Positions 1 to 12,381 of a stretch of DNA of 23,658 nt are shown here, piece after piece; position 1 is the first letter of the stretch; each line of letters opens with the position of its first letter. The position numbers were made by a program, and so were the translations under genes. A model generated the notes under the pieces. The model saw nothing but the letters and a program-made list of their open reading frames with translations, searched no databases and was not told the origin of the DNA. This stretch comes from Ginkgo biloba (taxonomy: Eukaryota > Plantae > Ginkgophyta): contig JANKJI020000002.1 of assembly GCA_024626585.2 (NCBI GenBank), forward strand, positions 123,448,956 to 123,472,613, given 5' to 3'.

Positions 1-1799
1 TTCATTGAGATGATATTTCACTGTAACTAAGTAAGAAGACAAAATTCAGAGAGCTTCCAATAATAGCATAACTAGCTGTTACACCCAGTATCATGGTGCC
101 AAAGAAAGAGAACCAGGTTATACCCAGGTAGCTGCATGATGTGCACATGAGTTTCTTGTTCTGAATGCATGCAAAAGGAACTATGGTAATAAAAAAACCC
201 TGGGTGATTTCACACCGTGAATGACAATGACAAGAGAACCATAGTAAACGAAAATCCGTAGCTGACTTCAGCCCCCAACCCCCATCTGGAAGGGAACCTG
301 AACAAACGAAGAAACATAGATGATTGGCAGAATCGTCCAATCATTTCCAGTGTTTCTTGTAAAGGTGTATCCAATGAAGTGCCATGTTTGAAAGTAATGT
401 GAATCTATTGGTCTACTTAACTCCAGGTAGCATTAATAACCGGATCCACCAGAGTAAACCGACTTAAATGCATAACAACCACCAAAAAGGGAGCGTGAAT
501 ATAAACTAACAAATTCCAAATCCTCGCCATCAAGACTCTTGTTGAGATTGACTAGGAAAAATGCATCTTAACATCCCTGTTCTTAGGCCACGGAGAACAC
601 GGATGTACAGAGTTGCCATGAGCGTCAAATGCTTGCACCACATGAGTTAAATGGCGATATTAAGCAGACGTAGCTAAGTATTTCTGCTGTCAACACGAAA
701 CCATTTCACCATTCTTCTAAGGCCAGGGGCAATAGAAATATGTATAAGGCCTCGAAGTAAAAGGCATTCCTTAGCACGGAATCAAATAGGCACATACTAG
801 AAGTGTTTTTACTACCGTCAAAGCCCCTTTTAAATTCATTCTGCGTTTAATCAAAGACAATATTATATGGAATAATAGTTAAACGTGAGCTGAAATATTG
901 AGATGGGGCCAAATCCAAATAGACGATAGCATGCGGCGCAGATGTTACAATGATGGGAACGCACGTTCAAATACCATGATCGTGGCAGGCAGCCCACATT
1001 GACTGCGTATGTTGGAAACAAGAACTAGGGCTTAAGAACTGCANNNNNNNNNNNNNNNNNNNNNNNNNNNNNNNNNNNNNNNNNNNNNNNNNNNNNNNNN
1101 NNNNNNNNNNNNNNNNNNNNNNNNNNNNNNNNNNNNNNNNNNNGATAAACCTATCTCTAATAAATCCTTAGGAAAGGGTATATTAGAATTAATGATTAAT
1201 GTTTTTGGGCTATTAGGCCTCGTTGAAAGAGGTCTTTGATCATTTTATACATGAATATTGATAACTCTAGAGTGTTATGCGATAATTTAGGACCCAAAAT
1301 AAGATATAACGCCTCTAAGGTGGTTGAGACTATCAAACTAAATGTAGTAGATGTTACTAATGGTACTAATGCCCATGCTTTTAAGTAAAAATAAGTGGAG
1401 ATAAAGGAGATAAGGCACACCATTCATAATATTAAAAATTTGACCAAAACAAGTTTTGCAAATTTTTAATGACCTAAATATGATAGTTTAAGTAGACATC
1501 AAAAATCATGATGATTCTCCATATTGTAACCATTGAAAATTAATTAATATTTAATAATGACAGAAATTTAGTATTTAAATATAGTAAATGAAGTAAAAAT
1601 AATTATAAATATAAAGTGTGATTGTTTAAGATATAATAAGCAATAATTTGGGGATTCTTAAACAACTTTATGAGAGAAAAAATACCCAAACTATTAGGCT
1701 CTCACAATAAGGGATTTGAATTTCTCCATGATTTGCACTTATTTTTATGGACTTGTTAAAAATTAGTACATATTCTAATAGTAAGGTCTATGCATGAAA

Positions 1800-3620
1800 G
1801 ATAGACCTCAAGATGTCCTACGAAGACTCTTTAATCGGTTAGAGGATATAAAAGAAGATTGTGGATTGTAGGCAATCCTTAATAATAACCTTACATAAAA
1901 AGCATAAGGGAACTCAAATTGTATATTATCATACTAGTATCAATAAATTCTATTTATTAATTTCTATCAACATTCACAGGAGCCAACCATTCACATCAAT
2001 GTCCTAAGAAGATGTCCTTTGTAGAAGTGAAATTCCAACTCAAAAACTTTATAAGACCCCTTTTTAAAACTTCTAGATAGATTGTAAGGAGGAAACTATA
2101 AAGGAAATAATTTATGTAATTAGCAATAATAATAATGAAGAGGTAATTAATAATGAATACAAAATCATCATCTTCTTTATTATTTTAATTGTAGATGTTA
2201 AAGCTAACACTGTAAAAAATATTCCCCCAATAAATTTTCTATAATTTTAGGGAAGAAGTCATGGGGATCCAAATATTTTTCTAATCAAATTTGATGTTCT
2301 TTATAGAAGTTATGACTATCTCCTAAATGTATAAAAATTAAATCCTTTTTCCTTATATGTCATTAGGAATTATATTGCTTACATTCTATTTAGATATGTA
2401 TCAATGTATATATTTTATTTCAAATATATTTGAATAAGTTCTTGTAATGAATGGAAGTATGAGGTTTATGATCCACCATAATTATTCATGTAACTTTTCT
2501 TTGAATAAGAAATGGAAGCTTGCTTCCACATACGAANNNNNNNNNNNNNNNNNNNNNNNNNNNNNNNNNNNNNNNNNNNNNNNNNNNNNNNNNNNNNNNN
2601 NNNNNNNNNNNNNNNNNNNNNNNNNNNNNNNNNNNNACTCTACAACTTTGTCCTTGAGGGCTATCGACTCAAAATTGATTATTTTCCTCTAAAATTTCCA
2701 TCAACATCAGGACATTATGAAATTTGATTGAAATCTTGATTACTAGGATCTGACAAACGGATTAGTGATATATCATAGGGTGCTTCTACTCCTAGAAAGT
2801 TGTATTCCAAAATGCAATAGTAAGCAAGAATATAGGGGTAACATTGATTAGTATATTTTTGGGGACATTTTTTCACTTGGGCATAAAAATTCAAAATTTT
2901 AAAGTAGTTTTTGGAAGATATATGTGCAAGAGGAGAACCCAAGTTTGAGAAGGCTCATACCAAATTTTAGAGGAAGTCGTTCCTTGTGGAAGTGAAAATA
3001 AACAATAAAAGATAGATTTTTGTCTACATGGATTGCTCATCCTCAAATTATAGTCAAATGAAGTAAAAATAAAAGAGAACTTTAACTTATAAAGGGATGT
3101 TGGGGTTCATACAGTCTCTAGATCAAATTTCAAAGCAATTTATGCTCCTAGGAAGGATAAAAATGCAAAACTCAATCAAACAAGTATAAAGAAAATTATT
3201 TTTTTAATATAGTTTTTTGAAGTGCAATTGAGAAAAGAAGAAGAAATTGCCATAAGTTCATCTCAAGTAAAATATTGTCATATGGGTCGAATATAAGCTT
3301 GGTTCAACTCTCCAAGGGCTCAACATCATAATTTAAAGGAATACCTTTATCTCTCTTTAAGCACCTAACTAATTTCCAAAATTAAATAATGGAAATTTAG
3401 TATTAAAGAACATTAACTTCTCCTTTTTAGTAGTATCTTGGCACGTCAAATTTTAGTAAGGAGGAAAATACGCCACTAAGATGAGAACCTACTAATATTA
3501 TCAAGTGCAATACCTTAAGCATAAAACATCATTCTATTATTACATATGAAATAATGAAATGCAGTCCTAGTTGAAGAGGGGGAGAATGGTTATGCATACT
3601 GAGATGATAATTTGATGTAA
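1800..3620 (+). mobile_element. Highly decayed L1-type LINE ORF2 relic (endonuclease to RT)
   Basis: Motif remnants occur in the expected order across shifting frames: WIVG (~1863), QPFT (~1984), LLDRL (~2069), IDYFPLKF...DIMKFD (~2674-2730), KFEKAH (~2941), FNL*RDVG (~3081), GIPLS (~3338), ILSSAIP (~3495), P..RGG (~3566). Each is weak alone. Boundaries are uncertain and the span includes an N gap. Confidence 0.5.
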
Positions 3621-6523
3621 ACTATTACTAAGTTATACATAAATGTGACTTAAAATACTAAAGTTTGTTCTCCTCTATCTATAACAATAATAATTAATGT
3701 GGACATGAAAATGATCATTAATCCATACAATAATAATGGAACCACAACCATTGGTTGATTAGATTCATATATTAGAAGTTTATTATAAACTCCAAGGCTA
3801 TACCAATTAGCAGAATGTCCTTTTTTCCATGCTTAAGATAATAGGTGATGCCTTGATTTGGTAGGAAGCACATTGTTCTTTACACCTAGTTGTTGGAAAT
3901 ACAACAACCTAATATTAGGAGGAAATAAATACGAGAATGCAAGAAAAATTAGATCATAGTAATTATGTTCATAATATTCTTACAAAATGATGTTATTTAA
4001 GGTAAGAAAAAGCATATTCTATCGAACTATACTCTAATAATTTTCTTATAACAATCCTACTTCTTAAAATTTTGTTCTAAGAATATGAAATTTTATAAGA
4101 AATATAAATCATCATAGTATAAATTAATTAAAGAAATATTCATTTATATTAATTACTCANNNNNNNNNNNNNNNNNNNNNNNNNNNNNNNNNNNNNNNNN
4201 NNNNNNNNNNNNNNNNNNNNNNNNNNNNNNNNNNNNNNNNNNNNNNNNNNNNNNNNNNNNNNNNNNNNNNNNNNNNNNNNNNNNNNNNNNNNNNNNNNNN
4301 NNNNNNNNNNNNNNNNNNNNNNNNNNNNNNNNNNNNNNNNNNNNNNNNNNNNNNNNNNNNNNNNNNNNNNNNNNNNNNNNNNNNNNNNNNNNNNNNNNNN
4401 NNNNNNNNNNNNNNNNNNNNNNNNNNNNNNNNNNNNCCTACTAATATTAACATATATACAAGCATAATTGATTGTACATAATATGTACACAAATACATAT
4501 CAATGCAAGTCTATAGATATGCATGCCCCATTATGAGCACTAACACACCTCATAGCATTGAAGCCTCTTTGAGGGTTCTTAGGGTGTTATCCCTATCCTC
4601 ACTATTAGTAGCCCATGATATCAAGCCACAAGAATGCTCACAATGGGTTATCACATGCATGAACCTAAGCCATACCTAATGCATTTAATACAAGTGCATG
4701 GATAAATCTATGCATAATAAATTACGTTGGTAGATCCCTATTAAGATAAGCCACTACTAAGATAGGCATTAGGGTTTGGACCTAAAAATTAGAGAAAAGA
4801 AATAAATACTCTAAATCCTAATGTGTATACAAATATAATTTTGACCCTAAATCATGAAAAATAACTCTTTGATAAAAAAATGACCTACTATAAGGAGTTT
4901 GAATATGTGTTCTTAGGATAAATAAACCCATACACTGCATTCATAATCATAAATTTAGATTTTAGACTCTTTTCTATTTTTCTATTAATTTATGGTAGTA
5001 GAAACAACATGTAGTGATAGTATAACAAAGTAGGGTAGAATTCATACTTATAGTTTACTATGCTTATTGGTCAAACTAAAGAATTTAAAGATGCTAAGAA
5101 GCTCTCTAGACCAAAACATCTTGATTCCCATCTTCAAAATGAAATGACTAACTTTTTGGGTCAAAGGTGAAACAATACATATACATATAGGCTGCCAAGT
5201 ATAAAAAATTCCAACAAATATTTGTATAGATTTTCTAGACCCCACTAAACTATTATGGACTACTAAAATTCCTTTAACGAGGTCATCTAGCCTCGATGAA
5301 TAAATCTAAGGAATTTCCTAGAAAATATCCATGTTTTAACATATAATATATATAGAAGTGACTTATCTCTACTATGAAGAAATTAATCAATGCCTGAGAC
5401 TAATGGCTTACACTAGTGTAATCAAGAAGCCATAACATAAAAATAAAACCCTAGAATGAAGATGAATTTAGTAGGAGATAATAAAGAGGTAGATAGATTA
5501 TCCAATATATATAATATTACAACATAAAATCAAAACGTATCCCCTATAATCTAATTAATTCACTTCATCTGGCCATCAATCTGAGGATGATAACCATTAT
5601 TGAAGTCTAATCTATTCCATAATGCATGGAACAACTTGATCCATATGTAACTAGTATAACTTTGAATCTTAATCACTTATGATGCTCTCAAGAATGATAA
5701 ACTTGGTAAAGAACCTACTATAAAAATATTTATTATATCTTTACCTTTATGAGTCATCCTACAAGGAATAAATTGATCTATATTCATGAGTTGATCCATA
5801 AAAATTAGAATCTAATCATGTTATTGTTGTAACCTTAGTATGTATGTAACAAAATTGATGCTTGAGCATCATCATATTTTGTGAATTGGCAAATTTGTGC
5901 AAACTAACTATATTAACCAGGGAGCTAACAAACTAGGAGTTCATCAACTGAAACAAAAACCCAAGATGTAGGTAGTCCTAGTGGTGGCTATTAGAATTGA
6001 AGATGATAGTTAGATGACACCTACTAGCATACTCTTCACCTGTAAATGGAGATTAAACTGAATTTAATGCTACACCAACTTGGGAGAAAAAAAGAGAGAG
6101 AATTAAGAAAAAAAGGGGAATTCAATAGAAGGGAAGAAGAGAAGAGAGAAAAAGAGAAGTAGTAACAAAAGATGGAGTAGAAAGGAAACCATAAGAACCT
6201 GAGAAAATATGGTGAGTGTGAGGCAACTCAAAGAGAAGGAGAAGTCTAGGTTGATAGTCGATGCGAGGCAACCTATTGAATGTTTGTTGAGGAGCACTGA
6301 TTATAATATTATAATTTTTATGTATTATAATTGTAATTCCCTTTATGGATTTTACTAATTAAAAAGCTTCCATTCTCTAAGTGTTGTGGTGTATGCATGA
6401 AGAAGAGTATTGCTGTTTGCATGTTTTCTCCCTCCTTGTAGTGTCTAGTGCAAGTTATTTAGCATTCATGAGCATAAAATTCACCTAATTTACTATGAGA
6501 TAATGCTAGGCAAATTCATCATC

Positions 6524-6587
6524 TAGTATTAGAGCTGAGGAAAGGCTCATTGATGAAGACATTTGATACATCATTTGGTCTCAGAGT
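6524..6587 (+). other. Two decayed tRNA-iMet primer-binding-site-like motifs, suggesting an LTR end immediately upstream
   Basis: TAGTATTAGAGC (6524-6535) and TGGTCTCAGAGT (6576-6587) each match 10/12 to TGGTATCAGAGC, and each is preceded by tca plus 2 nt. Confidence 0.35.
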
Positions 6588-7382
6588 ATAGATTAGTTAT
6601 GTGTGAAAAGTTATGATGAAGTAGGCCCAGAAGGTTATGAGTGGTTAAAGATGGTCCATGAAACCATAAAAGGAGTTCAGATGAAGGGTGAGTGATCTAG
6701 TGAAATATGGCACTATAAAAAGAGGAAGTTAGTGGAGGAAAGAAACATTGATTCCTCTCCCCTAATAATATATTTGAAGCTAGTAGGGACGTATTGAGTT
6801 CCATATGGCTTTGATATCCTTAAACTAATAGTATTCTTGTTTGACTATGATTCATTGATTGATTCTTAGGGCTCAAATCTTGACTAAATAATGTTAATCA
6901 TATGTTAATCATCAATGTATCTTAGTAGATCCATTGTCACTTTAGGGTGGAATTTCTTTTTAATAGTCATTTTATCCTTATTGATTTAGTGGTTAATCTC
7001 TACCACTCATCATCAAAACTTTAATCACCTGGTCTTTGATCATGTCTTTGTGGGGGATTTGGTTATTTATGTCCTCTCTTTCTATCATCTTGTTCTTTCA
7101 CACGTATAATTTCTTATTCAACTTCTTTTTCTTCCCATTGCCTTTTCCAATACTTCTATTTTTTAAAATATTTCTTTCTTCTGAACTTTTTCAATTTTGG
7201 ATGCATCATATTTATTGATGTCATTCCACTCCTTTGTTCAATTTTCTTATGGTCTTTACCTTTTTCAAATTCATATCATTATTTCTTACTTATTCTTTTC
7301 TCTAACCTTAGTCATATTATCTCCTTATACATTTTTCCTTTTTTCTTTTGGTTTCTTATTTCATTCAGGGAACTGAGATTGA

Positions 7383-8847
7383 TTAATCCTCTACCGCCTT
7401 AGTAGTGAAAATCCTAAAGGTTGCATTTTTTGGGCAGAAGGAAATGGGCATAGTAAGGAGAGTTTTAAATGTCGATGCCAAGGACAAAGTTATAAAGTTT
7501 TTAGTCCAAGTTCTTGATATGATTGACGAGCCCTTTGTAATCNNNNNNNNNNNNNNNNNNNNNNNNNNNNNNNNNNNNNNNNNNNNNNNNNNNNNNNNNN
7601 NNNNNNNNNNNNNNNNNNNNNNNNNNNNNNNNNNNNNNNNNNCTTGATAGTCACCTTGTTCAAAGATCGATAATCCATGCACATCCTCATGGATCTATAT
7701 TTTATCTTGACTAATAGGACTAGTGCAGCAAATGGAGACTTAGAAGGTTGAATAAATTCCTGATCCAAAATATCTTATATTTATCTCCCTACCTCTTCCT
7801 TATTTATGTGGATCAAGTGGTAAGATAACTTATAAGTTGGCCTTGGTCCTAGTTAACTATCTAATGGTCCATGTCATGCTCTAATGACAAAATCTTTAGT
7901 AGCTCATTAGGAAACATGCCATCAAATTTTGCTAATAAAGGTACCATCTTTCTTAGGAATAATCTAAAATCTTGGTCACCCAACTTTCCAGCCACCTGCT
8001 TCAACTACATTATTGATATTAAAGGAATTTATCTAGAATATTTGTCTCTATATAGTTTAACCTTCTTGCCTTTGTGAAAATACCATATGTGATCTTGGGA
8101 TAAGATATAGATATCATAGAACCATAACCATTTTTGACTAAGAATGCCATTATATCTACNNNNNNNNNNNNNNNNNNNNNNNNNNNATCTGGGTGGTCCT
8201 CATACTCTTAAATGGTGATGGATACCATGGCCATAAATTCTTCCCATTCTTGTATACCATTACCATCTGCAAACTCAACCTTCGATGGATATGGAGTCTC
8301 TTATGTATTTAAATTTTTCCTTTTGGAAAAATTGTCTAAAATAAAATTATGTATAATCATTATGCACTAAAATAACAACATCATTCCCATTAACCTTCCC
8401 TTTAATCATACATAACCTAACATCATAAAATATTTCAAAAGACTTAAAACTTGGTCTATGAGGAAGGGTCTTCTTGGAATATTTCTCCTTTCACTATAGC
8501 TACTTCCATCTTGTCTTGTTTAACTATGTTACTTCGATAAATGTGTGGGTAATCTCACTTCATGTAGCTACCTCCATATATAAATAACTTAATGGATAGA
8601 TTTTTGTCCCCCTTATACTCTCTCCTTTTTACTACTGAGGTTCTTTCCCTCTATTTTGAGAAGAATTAGAAATATTAATTGGAAAGAAACCTTTCTTACC
8701 CTTCTTATTCTTGGAGAATGGTTGATTGGAAGATGTAAAATCCTTCTTCCCTTGGAATGGATTCTTGAAAGAGTCTGGATTATTAAGCTTGGTTACTTAC
8801 TATTTTCTATAACTTCTATTATCTTAGGTTGAGTAATTTCTATCCCT
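7383..8847 (-). mobile_element. Degenerate Ty3/gypsy LTR retrotransposon gag-pol relic (protease, RT N-terminus, probable integrase fragment)
   Basis: 7768-7643 reads DQEFIQPSKSPFAALVLLVKIKYRSMRMCMDYRSLNKVTIK, matching the gypsy RT start (G.I.PS.SP.AAPVLLV.KKDG..RMC.DYR.LN..T.K). Just upstream is FDGMFPNELLKILSLEHDMDH (cf. F.DVFPEELP.GLPP.R..DH). About 8420-8340 reads IKGKVNGNDVVILVHNDYT*NFI (decayed LVDSG.THNFI protease) and about 8290-8260 reads KVEFADG. 7540-7430 (SIISRTWTKNFITLSLASTFKTL..SFCPK) resembles the integrase core. Many stops and frameshifts. Confidence 0.85.
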
Positions 8848-9492
8848 NNNNNNNNNNNNNNNNNNNNNNNNNNNNNNNNNNNNNNNNNNNNNNNNNNNNN
8901 NNNNNNNNNNNNNNNNNNNNNNNNNNNNNNNNNNNNNNNNNNNNNNNACTTATTTTCTAGAATCTACCCGTGATCAGTCGACACTACATTTCCTTCAATT
9001 TTTTTGACGTTCTAAAACTTTTACTTTGCGGCTTCTGTCTGATGACCGTCGATGGCTGCGTAGTTAGTGGGAAACTCGATCGATCGTCGGTGTCAACAAC
9101 CACTACCAACGAGTTCACCAACCACCACTGACAAAGTTCCCTTATCGACGGACATCGATTCCTCTCCTCACATTATCTGTCGCTGTCCTCGCCACCTTCT
9201 AGGATCTTGTCAACTGACACACCCACGCTGATGATGTCAGCAAACTCAACTCTTCTTGCTTGTCGATCTTCAACTCACCGATGAACCATAGGATCTACTC
9301 AAACATTCACTTGCATGACTTATATAATGATAAATTAAAATAAAACATTCATACAAAGAAACATACATTCACAGTGACACTGTATATTTTTAATTGGAGA
9401 AACCCTATCGGGGAATAAAACTCCAGATGCATTATGCTCTAAGGCAATAATACATTACAATAACCAGATAGGCTTTCTCCACTTGCCAATTT

Positions 9493-9860
9493 GCCACACA
9501 AGCTTACAATATTACATACAAGGCCACACAGGCTCTTAGGCGGAATCAACCATCATCAATTCTCATCCGACTGCCTCCATTGGTGGTTCTATCAGGAATG
9601 CCACAAAGTATCTTAGGCAAAATCAACCATCGCCAATTCTCATCCAACTGCCTCCATCAATGATTCTCTTAGGAATGCCACACATTCTTACAATATTACA
9701 CACAAGGCCACACAGGTTCTTAGGCAGAATCAACCATCGCCAAATCTCATCCGACTACCTCCATTGATGGTTCTATCAGGAATGCCACACAGGCTCTCAG
9801 GCAAAATCAACCATTGCCAATTCTCATCCGACTGCCTCCATCGGTAGTTCTATCGAGAAT
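9493..9860. repeat. Higher-order tandem repeat: (30-bp + 77-bp + 77-bp) x2, 184-bp period
   Basis: Units beginning gccac start at 9493 (30 bp), 9523, 9600 (77 bp each), 9677 (30 bp), 9707 and 9784 (77 bp each). The 77-mer consensus is approximately gccacacaggctcttaggcaraatcaaccatcgccaattctcatccgactgcctccatyggtggttctatcaggaat. Confidence 0.93.
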
Positions 9861-9880
9861 TCCACATAGGTCATAAGCAC

Positions 9881-10163
9881 GATAGCACAAGGTGGGTCAC
9901 TGCCACTTCACCAAGAAGTCAAGCTGCCTCTGTCGGCAAATCTGTTCTCTTCTACCCTAGCCTACCTTGGTCTATAAATACAACATCCTCATTTGATAAC
10001 ACAAGGCGAGACACTGCCACTTCACCAGGAAGTCAAGCTGCCTCTGTCGGTGGATCTACTCTCTTCTACCCTAGCCTGCCTTGGTATGAAAATACAACAT
10101 CCTCACTCGATAGCACAAGGTGGGACACTGCCACTTCACCAGGAAGTCAAGCTGCCTCTGTCG
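9881..10163. repeat. 114-bp tandem repeat, at least 2.5 copies, truncated by assembly gap
   Basis: The unit gata(g/a)cacaagg...ctgccacttcacca(a/g)gaagtcaagctgcctctgtcg...aaatacaacatcctca starts at 9881, 9995 and 10109. Confidence 0.93.
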
Positions 10164-10599
10164 NNNNNNNNNNNNNNNNNNNNNNNNNNNNNNNNNNNNN
10201 NNNNNNNNNNNNNNNNNNNNNNNNNNNNNNNNNNNNNNNNNNNNNNNNNNNNNNNNNNNNNNNTTTAAGGATCCCTAATGTGAATGTATGAGTCCTCTCA
10301 AATCTTCTCTAATTCTACATATATTTCTTGAATTTTACTATTATAATATTTCAAAAATAGTTTTTTCTCTAATCCTTATAGGACATTTCTTAGATTTTGT
10401 GACCATGATGATAAGACATAATTATACACATTCACAATCTAAGTAGAATCACTTCCTTTATTACTTGAAGAGCCTCTCCTATAATTGTTTCATCTCATTC
10501 TATAATTTTATATTATTACAATAATCTTCGCTATTCATTCTCATCAAGAGTTTATGGAGGTACTATAACTATGATGCTATGTTTGTGTGCCATATCAAT

Positions 10600-11100
10600 A
10601 CAATAATATTCCTACCCATGGGATTAATCCATAATGCATAGTTAAATAATATATTAATTATTATTAAGGAGGATATTTTATCATTAGTGGTACCATAGTT
10701 GATGAATCTAATGCTTAAATAAAGAAAGCTAAATTTGGTTAGTGTAACACTCTTGGTCATTTTATAATATACATATCAATATGAACATTTAGCGAATATT
10801 TATCATATTAATAGAGTATGATGCCAACATGGAATTTGTGAAGAGAATCATTTGAATAAGGGTTTTCCAATGCTAAAAGACTAAAAGGTCATTACTAAGG
10901 GAGGAGAGAATGCATTTGGGTATTTGTGCTATACTTAATTATAAAAGAGAGGGGGATATTAGAATCAAGGATATAGATAACACATTTAAGCCACATAAGA
11001 ATTTGAACCCCATTACAATATACTAAAATCCATTTATCCTTCAAGTATGTATCAAAATTATGCTTTTGGACTTCATGATTTTTTACATTATAACTAATAT
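10600..11100 (+). mobile_element. Possible decayed LINE ORF2 fragment (post-RT region)
   Basis: About 10938-10990 reads NYKREGDIRIKDIDNTFK, resembling PK.EGGLGIKD....N.A. The flanks are AT-rich and CG-depleted. Only one convincing motif. Confidence 0.35.
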
Positions 11101-12187
11101 AATGTTCTTATAGGCCTTCCTATTAAATAAAGATATAATATTATTCTCCTAGATATCTTGGATTGAAAAATTATCCTACCCCTCATTATGGTTGTCATTC
11201 ATTTAAAGGAAAATAATTTATAGATCCAATAGCTAGTATGCTTATCCTAAACTATTTGTGTTTCTTTTACATAATATTTATCTACTCATGGATTATAACT
11301 ATCTAGGAAAATTTAAATTGATGTGCCTTAAGATATATCCAAAGTCATACCATTGTCATTNNNNNNNNNNCAACCCAATTTGTTCTTAACCTTGTTTGAA
11401 CCAACATAATAATAGTGTGATACATATGTTATTTATATTAATGTGAATTCACTCTAAATAACCACTCTTGCATAGGTAGTAATGTTACAAGATACAACCA
11501 TCCATATTCAACCTTATATGCATAGGACGAGTCTTGGAATGATAATTTATAAAGAACACAAAGGAAAAAAGAACTATGATTATTGAAGAACATAAGGATG
11601 TCATTGAATAAATGATTAAACCTTATTATGTTTCTATATCACCTCCTATATATATATAATCTTCTATACCATTTCATAGAGAATGAAAAAATAAAGAGAA
11701 ATAAAATATGAGCTAGACCAATATATATAATTTAATTTGATAGTAAATTGAAGAATGATTGTAAATTCCTCTTATGTAAGGGATACACAAATATATGCAG
11801 AAGAAATTTATTATTTATTATTTAAGGTCCAAAATAGGATAAAGGATATTCCTAAGAGTAAGGTTATCAGAGTTATACTTCATGTCCTTTTTAGGAAATA
11901 ACCTATCCAAAATTATATAAACCTTGAAAAACCATATTTGATGTATCAATTGGCAACACTAAAATTATAAAAAGTTCTAGTGATTTGGTATCTACCATTA
12001 CCTAATGATATTAAAATTTATTAAAAAAATTATTCTTAAAATCCTTTAGAAGCCTCATATGATGTTGTATACGGTAATNNNNNNNNNNNNNNNNNNNNNN
12101 NNNNNNNNNNNNNNNNNNNNNNNNNNNNNNNNNNNNNNNNNNNNNNNNNNNNNNNNNNNNNNNNNNNNNNNNNNNNNNGTGACCACC

Positions 12188-12188
12188 C

Positions 12189-12220
<32 letters not shown>

Positions 12221-12285
12221 ACACATACACGTATACACACACACACATATATTTACATACATACACACACACACACATGCATACA

Positions 12286-12319
<34 letters not shown>

Positions 12320-12381
12320 CATGTATACATACATACACACACACACACACACATGCACACACACATACACACAAACACACA
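12188..12381. repeat. Compound microsatellite (AT)n/(CA)n/(TACA)n
   Basis: Directly visible atatat..., cacaca... and catacataca... runs. These explain the low-complexity ORFs at 12011-12512. Confidence 0.97.

Larger units (their letters stand above)
8948..10163. mobile_element. Relatively young repeat segment, probably LTR/UTR of an LTR retrotransposon
   Basis: CpG- and CAG/CTG-retaining sequence between two gaps. It contains a tggagaaaccc...ggg.aataaaactcca motif (9395-9425) of the kind seen near plant LTR ends, plus internal tandem arrays. There are no coding motifs and no LTR pair or TSD is visible. Confidence 0.4.

Noticed and set aside
268-297. LPDGGWGL resembling the QxxDGxWG motif of terpene/oxidosqualene cyclases, which would suggest a biosynthetic cluster with the 2OGD
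   Set aside because: It lacks the Gln and all flanking conservation. A single short match is not sufficient evidence.
4149-4498. 113-aa ORFs, and similar ORFs spanning other gaps
   Set aside because: Almost entirely X residues from N runs.
6103-7218. Hydrophobic Phe/Leu-rich ORFs (6103-6297 minus, 7036-7218 plus) resembling membrane peptides
   Set aside because: Products of CT-rich low-complexity strands within TE-derived DNA.
9493-9860. CRISPR-like repeat-spacer appearance
   Set aside because: The repeats are 77 bp, the two 30-bp spacers are copies of each other, there are no cas genes, and the context is eukaryotic with spliceosomal introns.
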